Notes under the pieces: model-generated | What the model saw: only the letters and a program-made list of their open reading frames with translations | Database searches by the model: none | What the model was told of the DNA's origin: nothing | Source: Ranitomeya imitator | Taxonomy: Eukaryota | DNA length: 64,000 nt | Assembly (NCBI RefSeq): GCF_032444005.1 | Contig: NC_091284.1 | Location: 16,120,001 to 16,184,000 of the forward strand | Direction: 5' to 3' | Position numbers and translations under genes: made by a program | Shown here: piece by piece, positions 60,096 to 64,000 of the stretch | Position numbering within the stretch: position 1 is the first letter of the stretch | How the letters are laid out: each line of letters starts with the position of its first letter

Positions 60096-63000
60096 AGGCC
60101 GGCATCACACTTGCGAGTTTTACGGACGTAAGAGCGCAGAAACTACGTCCGTAAAACTCGCAAAACATACGGCACAATTATTCTCTATGCCCCTGCTCCT
60201 ATCTGCCGTATTAAACTGATCAGTATTATACGGTCTTCTACGGCCGTAGAAAATCGCAGCATGCTGCGTTTGTCACCGTACTGCGCAAGAAATACGCCAA
60301 TGAAAGTCTATGGAAGCGTGAAAAATACGGATTACACACGGACAAGCAGTGTGACTTGCGAGAAATACGCAGCGGTGTTAGAGAGAAAAGCCGGCAATTC
60401 AGTGCGGTGTACAGTAAAATCACACTGACAGCTTCCAGTAGAATAGGTAGAATTAATGTCTACACATAGAATAGATATACAGATAGGTCCATATATATTT
60501 GGACAGAGACAACATTTTTCTAATTTTGGTTATAAACATTACCACAATGAATTTTAAACAAAACAATTCAGATGCAGTTGAAGTTCAGACTTTTCGCTTT
60601 CATTTGAGGGTATCCACATTAAAATTGGATGAAGGGTTTAGGAGTTTCAGCTCCTTAACATGTGCCACCCTGTTTTTAAAGGGACCAAAAGTAATTGGAC
60701 AATTGACTCCAAGGCTATTTCATGGACAGGTGTGGGCAATCCCTTCGTTATGACATTCTCAATTAAGCAGATAAAAGGCCTGGAGTTGATTTGAGGTGCG
60801 GTGCTGCATTTGGAAGGTTTTGCTGTGAAGTAAACATGCGTTAAAGGAGCTCTCCATGCAGGTGAAACAAGCCATCCTTAAGCTGCAAAAACAGAAAAAA
60901 ACATCCGAGAAATTGGTACAATATTAGGAGTGGAAAAATCTACAGTTTGGTCCATCCTGAGAAAGAAAGAAAGCACTGGTGAACTCATCAATGCAAAAAG
61001 ACCTGGGCGCCCACGGAAGACAACAGTGGTGGATGATCGCAGAATAACCTCCATGGTGAAGAGAAACCCCTTCACAACAGCCAACCAAGTGACCAACACT
61101 CTCCAGGAGGTCGGGGGATCAATATCCAAATCTACCATAAAGAGAAGACTGCAGGAAAGTAAATACAGAGGGTTCACTGCACGGTGCAGCCACTCATAAG
61201 CATCAAGAAGAAAAAGGCTAAAAACATCTAAAAAAGCCGCACAGTTCTGGAAGAACATTCTATGGACAGATGGAACCAAGATCAACCTCTACCAGAATGA
61301 TGGAAAGAGAAAAGTATGGTGAAGGCGCGGTCCAGCTCATGATCCAAAGCATACCACATCATCTGTAAAACACGGCGGAGGCAGTGTGATGGCGCGGGCA
61401 TGCATAAACACGGCGGAGGCAGTGTGATGGCGCGGGCATGCATGGCTGCCAGTGGCACTGGGTCACTAGTGTTTATGGATGATGTGACACAGGACAGAAG
61501 AATGAGTTCTGAGGTCTTCAGAGCCGCCATACTGTGTGCTCAGATCCAGCCAAATGCAGCCAAACTGATTGGTCGTCGTTTCATACTACAGATGGACAAT
61601 GACCCAAAACATAAAGCCAAAGCAACACAGGAGTTTATTAAAGCAAAGAAGTGGAATATTCTTGATTGGCCAAGTCAGTCACCTGATCTCAACCCAATTG
61701 AGCAGCATTTCACTTGTTAAAGACTAAACTTCAGACAGAAAGGCCCAAAACAAACAGCAACTGAAAACCACCGCAGTGAAGGCCGAGCATCAAAAAGGAG
61801 GAAACACAGCGTCTGGTGATGTCCATGAGTTCAAGACTTCAGGCAGTCATTGCCAACAAAGGGTTTTCAACCAAGTACTAAAAATGAATATTTTATTTAA
61901 AATTATTGAATTTGTCCAATTACTTTTGGTCCCTTTAAAAACAGGGTGGCACATGTTAAGGAGCTGAAACTCCTAAACCCTTCATCCAATTTTAATGTGG
62001 ATACCCTCAAATGAAAGCTGAAAGTCTGAACTTCAACTGCATCTGAATTGTTTTGTTTAAAATTCATTGTGGTAATGTCTATAACCAAAATTAGAAAAAT
62101 GTTGTCTCTGTCCAAATATATATGGACCTAACTGTATATATATATATATGTCATTGAGACACATATGTATATATATTAATATTTTTTCCAGCGCTATACA
62201 GCTTGAAAGCCGGTAATTCAATTACCGGCTTTTTCTTTCTCCTTCCTAAAACCCGACATGATATGAGACCTGGTTACATACAGTAAACCATGTCTTCTCT
62301 CCATTTTTTTTGCATATTCCACACTACTAATGTTAGTAGTGTGTATCTGCAAAATTTGGCCGTTCTATCTACTAAATTAAAGGGTTAAATGGTGGAAAAA
62401 ATTGGCGTGGGCTCCCGCACAATTTTCTCCGCCAGAGTAGTAAAGCCAGTGACTGAGGGCAGATATTAATAGCCTGGAGAGGGTCCACGGTTATTGCCCC
62501 CCCCCCGGCTAAAAACACCTGCCCCCAGCCACCCCAGAAAAGGCACATCTGGAAGATGCGCCTATTCTGGCACTTGGCCACTCTCTTCCCATTCCCGTGT
62601 AGCGGTGGGATATGGGGTAATGAAGGGTTAATGCCACCTTGCTATTGTAAGGTGACATTAAGCCAAATTAATAATGGAGAGGCGTCAATTATGACACCTA
62701 TCCATTATTAATCCAATTGTAGTAAAGGGTTAAATAAAACACAAACACATTATTTAAAATTATTTTAATGAAATAAAAACAATGGTTGTTGGAGTATTTT
62801 ATTCTACGCCCAATCCAGTCACTGTAGACCCTCGTTCTGTAACAAAAAAAACCTAATAAACCAACAATATCCTTACCCTCCGCAGATCTGTAACGTCCAA
62901 CGATGTAAATCCATCTGAAGGGGTTAAAATAATTTGCATCCACGAGCTTTGCTAATGCAATGATGCTTATGGCTGCAAAAACCCCGGAAAATGTAGGTAA

Positions 63001-64000
63001 AGTAGGTCAATGACCTATATTTACCTTCATTTGCGGTGAGGCGCCCTCTGCTGGTTGATCCTAGATCGTGGGAACTTTCCTAGAAAGCTCCCAGGCTCGA
63101 GTTCATATGAGGACAACCAGCAGAGGGCGCCTCTTATGAACTCGAGCCTGGGAGCTTTCTAGGAAAGTTCCCACAATCTAGAAACAACCAGCAGAGGGCG
63201 CCTCACCGCAAATGAAGGTAAATATAGGTCATTGACCTACTTTACCTACATTCTCCGGGGTTTTTGCAGCCATGAGCATCATTGCATTAGCAAAGCTCGT
63301 GGATGCAAATTATTTTAACCCCTTCAGATGGATTTACATCATTGGACGTTACAGATCTGCAGAGGGTAAGGATATTGTTGGTTTATTATGTTTTTTTGTT
63401 ACAGAACGAGGGTCTTCAGTGACTGGATTGGGCGTAGAATAAAATACTCCAACAACCATTGTTTTTATTTCATTAAAATAATTTTAAATAATGTGTTTGT
63501 GTTTTATTAACCCTTTACTACAATTGGATTAATAATGGATAGGTGTCATAATTGACTCCTCTCCATTATTAATTTGGCTTAATGTCACCTTACAATAGCA
63601 AGGTGACATTAACCCTTCATTACCCCATATCCCACCGCTACACAGGAATGGGAAGAGAGTGGCCAAGTGCCAGAATAGGCGCATCTTCCAGATGTGCCTT
63701 TTCTGGGGTGGCTGGGGGCAGGTGTTTTTAGCCAGGGGGGGGCCAATAACCGTGGACCCTCTCCAGGCTATTAATATCTGCCCTCAGTCACTGGCTTTAC
63801 TACTCTGGCGGAGAAAATTGTGCGGGAGCCCACGCCAATTTTTTCCGCCATTTAACCCTTTAATTTAGTAGCTAGAACGGCCAAATTTTGCAGATACACA
63901 CTACTGACATTAGTAGTGTGGAATCTGCAAAAAAAATGGAGAGAAGACATGGTTTACTGTATGTAATCATGTCTCAAATCATGTCGGGTTTAGGAAGGAG
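60096..64000. mobile_element. Large palindromic non-autonomous DNA element (Harbinger-like AGG...TCACAC terminus), interrupted by the Tc1 and running off the window
   Basis: Left terminus AGGCCGGCATCACAC followed by a 20-bp hairpin; 62239-63112 is the reverse complement of 63130-64000. Joining the two parts across the Tc1 into one element is inference. Confidence 0.6.
60480..62134 (+). mobile_element. Full-length but defective Tc1-family DNA transposon (1655 bp)
   Basis: ~223-bp TIRs (60480-60702 and 61912-62134) starting CAG(A/T)TAGGTCCATATATATTTGG; TA on both flanks. Frameshifted transposase ~60836-61881 with GRPRKT, WTDG(E)TK, DNDPKH, WPSQSPDLNPIE. Confidence 0.93.

Noticed and set aside
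57181-60177. Repeat ORFs of 220-360 aa
   Set aside because: Derived from the 52-bp and 28-30-bp arrays and a decayed LINE.
49000-64000. Expected DRD3 exons (next gene in mammalian synteny)
   Set aside because: I found no GPCR-like exon in the unique sequence; it is probably outside the window.

Overview
Vertebrate genomic DNA, inferred to be from a frog because of its T2/Kolobok-, Harbinger-, hAT- and Tc1-type MITEs and CR1 family. It holds three complete, splice-intact genes in the order conserved in human 3q13.31. These are ZDHHC23 (+, 4 coding exons, 409 aa), CCDC191/KIAA1407 (-, 17 exons, 897 aa) and QTRT2/QTRTD1 (+, 8 coding exons, 412 aa). CCDC191 and QTRT2 share a ~580 bp bidirectional promoter. 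About 28 kb (~44%, hand estimate) is minisatellite arrays with 24-86 bp units, and these produce most long ORFs in the track as artefacts. Two near-identical young CR1 LINE copies each sit inside a minisatellite. One has an intact ORF2; the other is 5'-truncated and fused in frame to a repeat ORF. There are also Tc1, mariner, hAT, T2 and Harbinger-like elements, an LTR remnant, an L2/Crack-like remnant and a >1.7 kb palindrome at the right edge. I found no clearly new protein-coding system; the most interesting signals concern transposons and repeats. Coordinates were counted by hand and may be off by a few bases.
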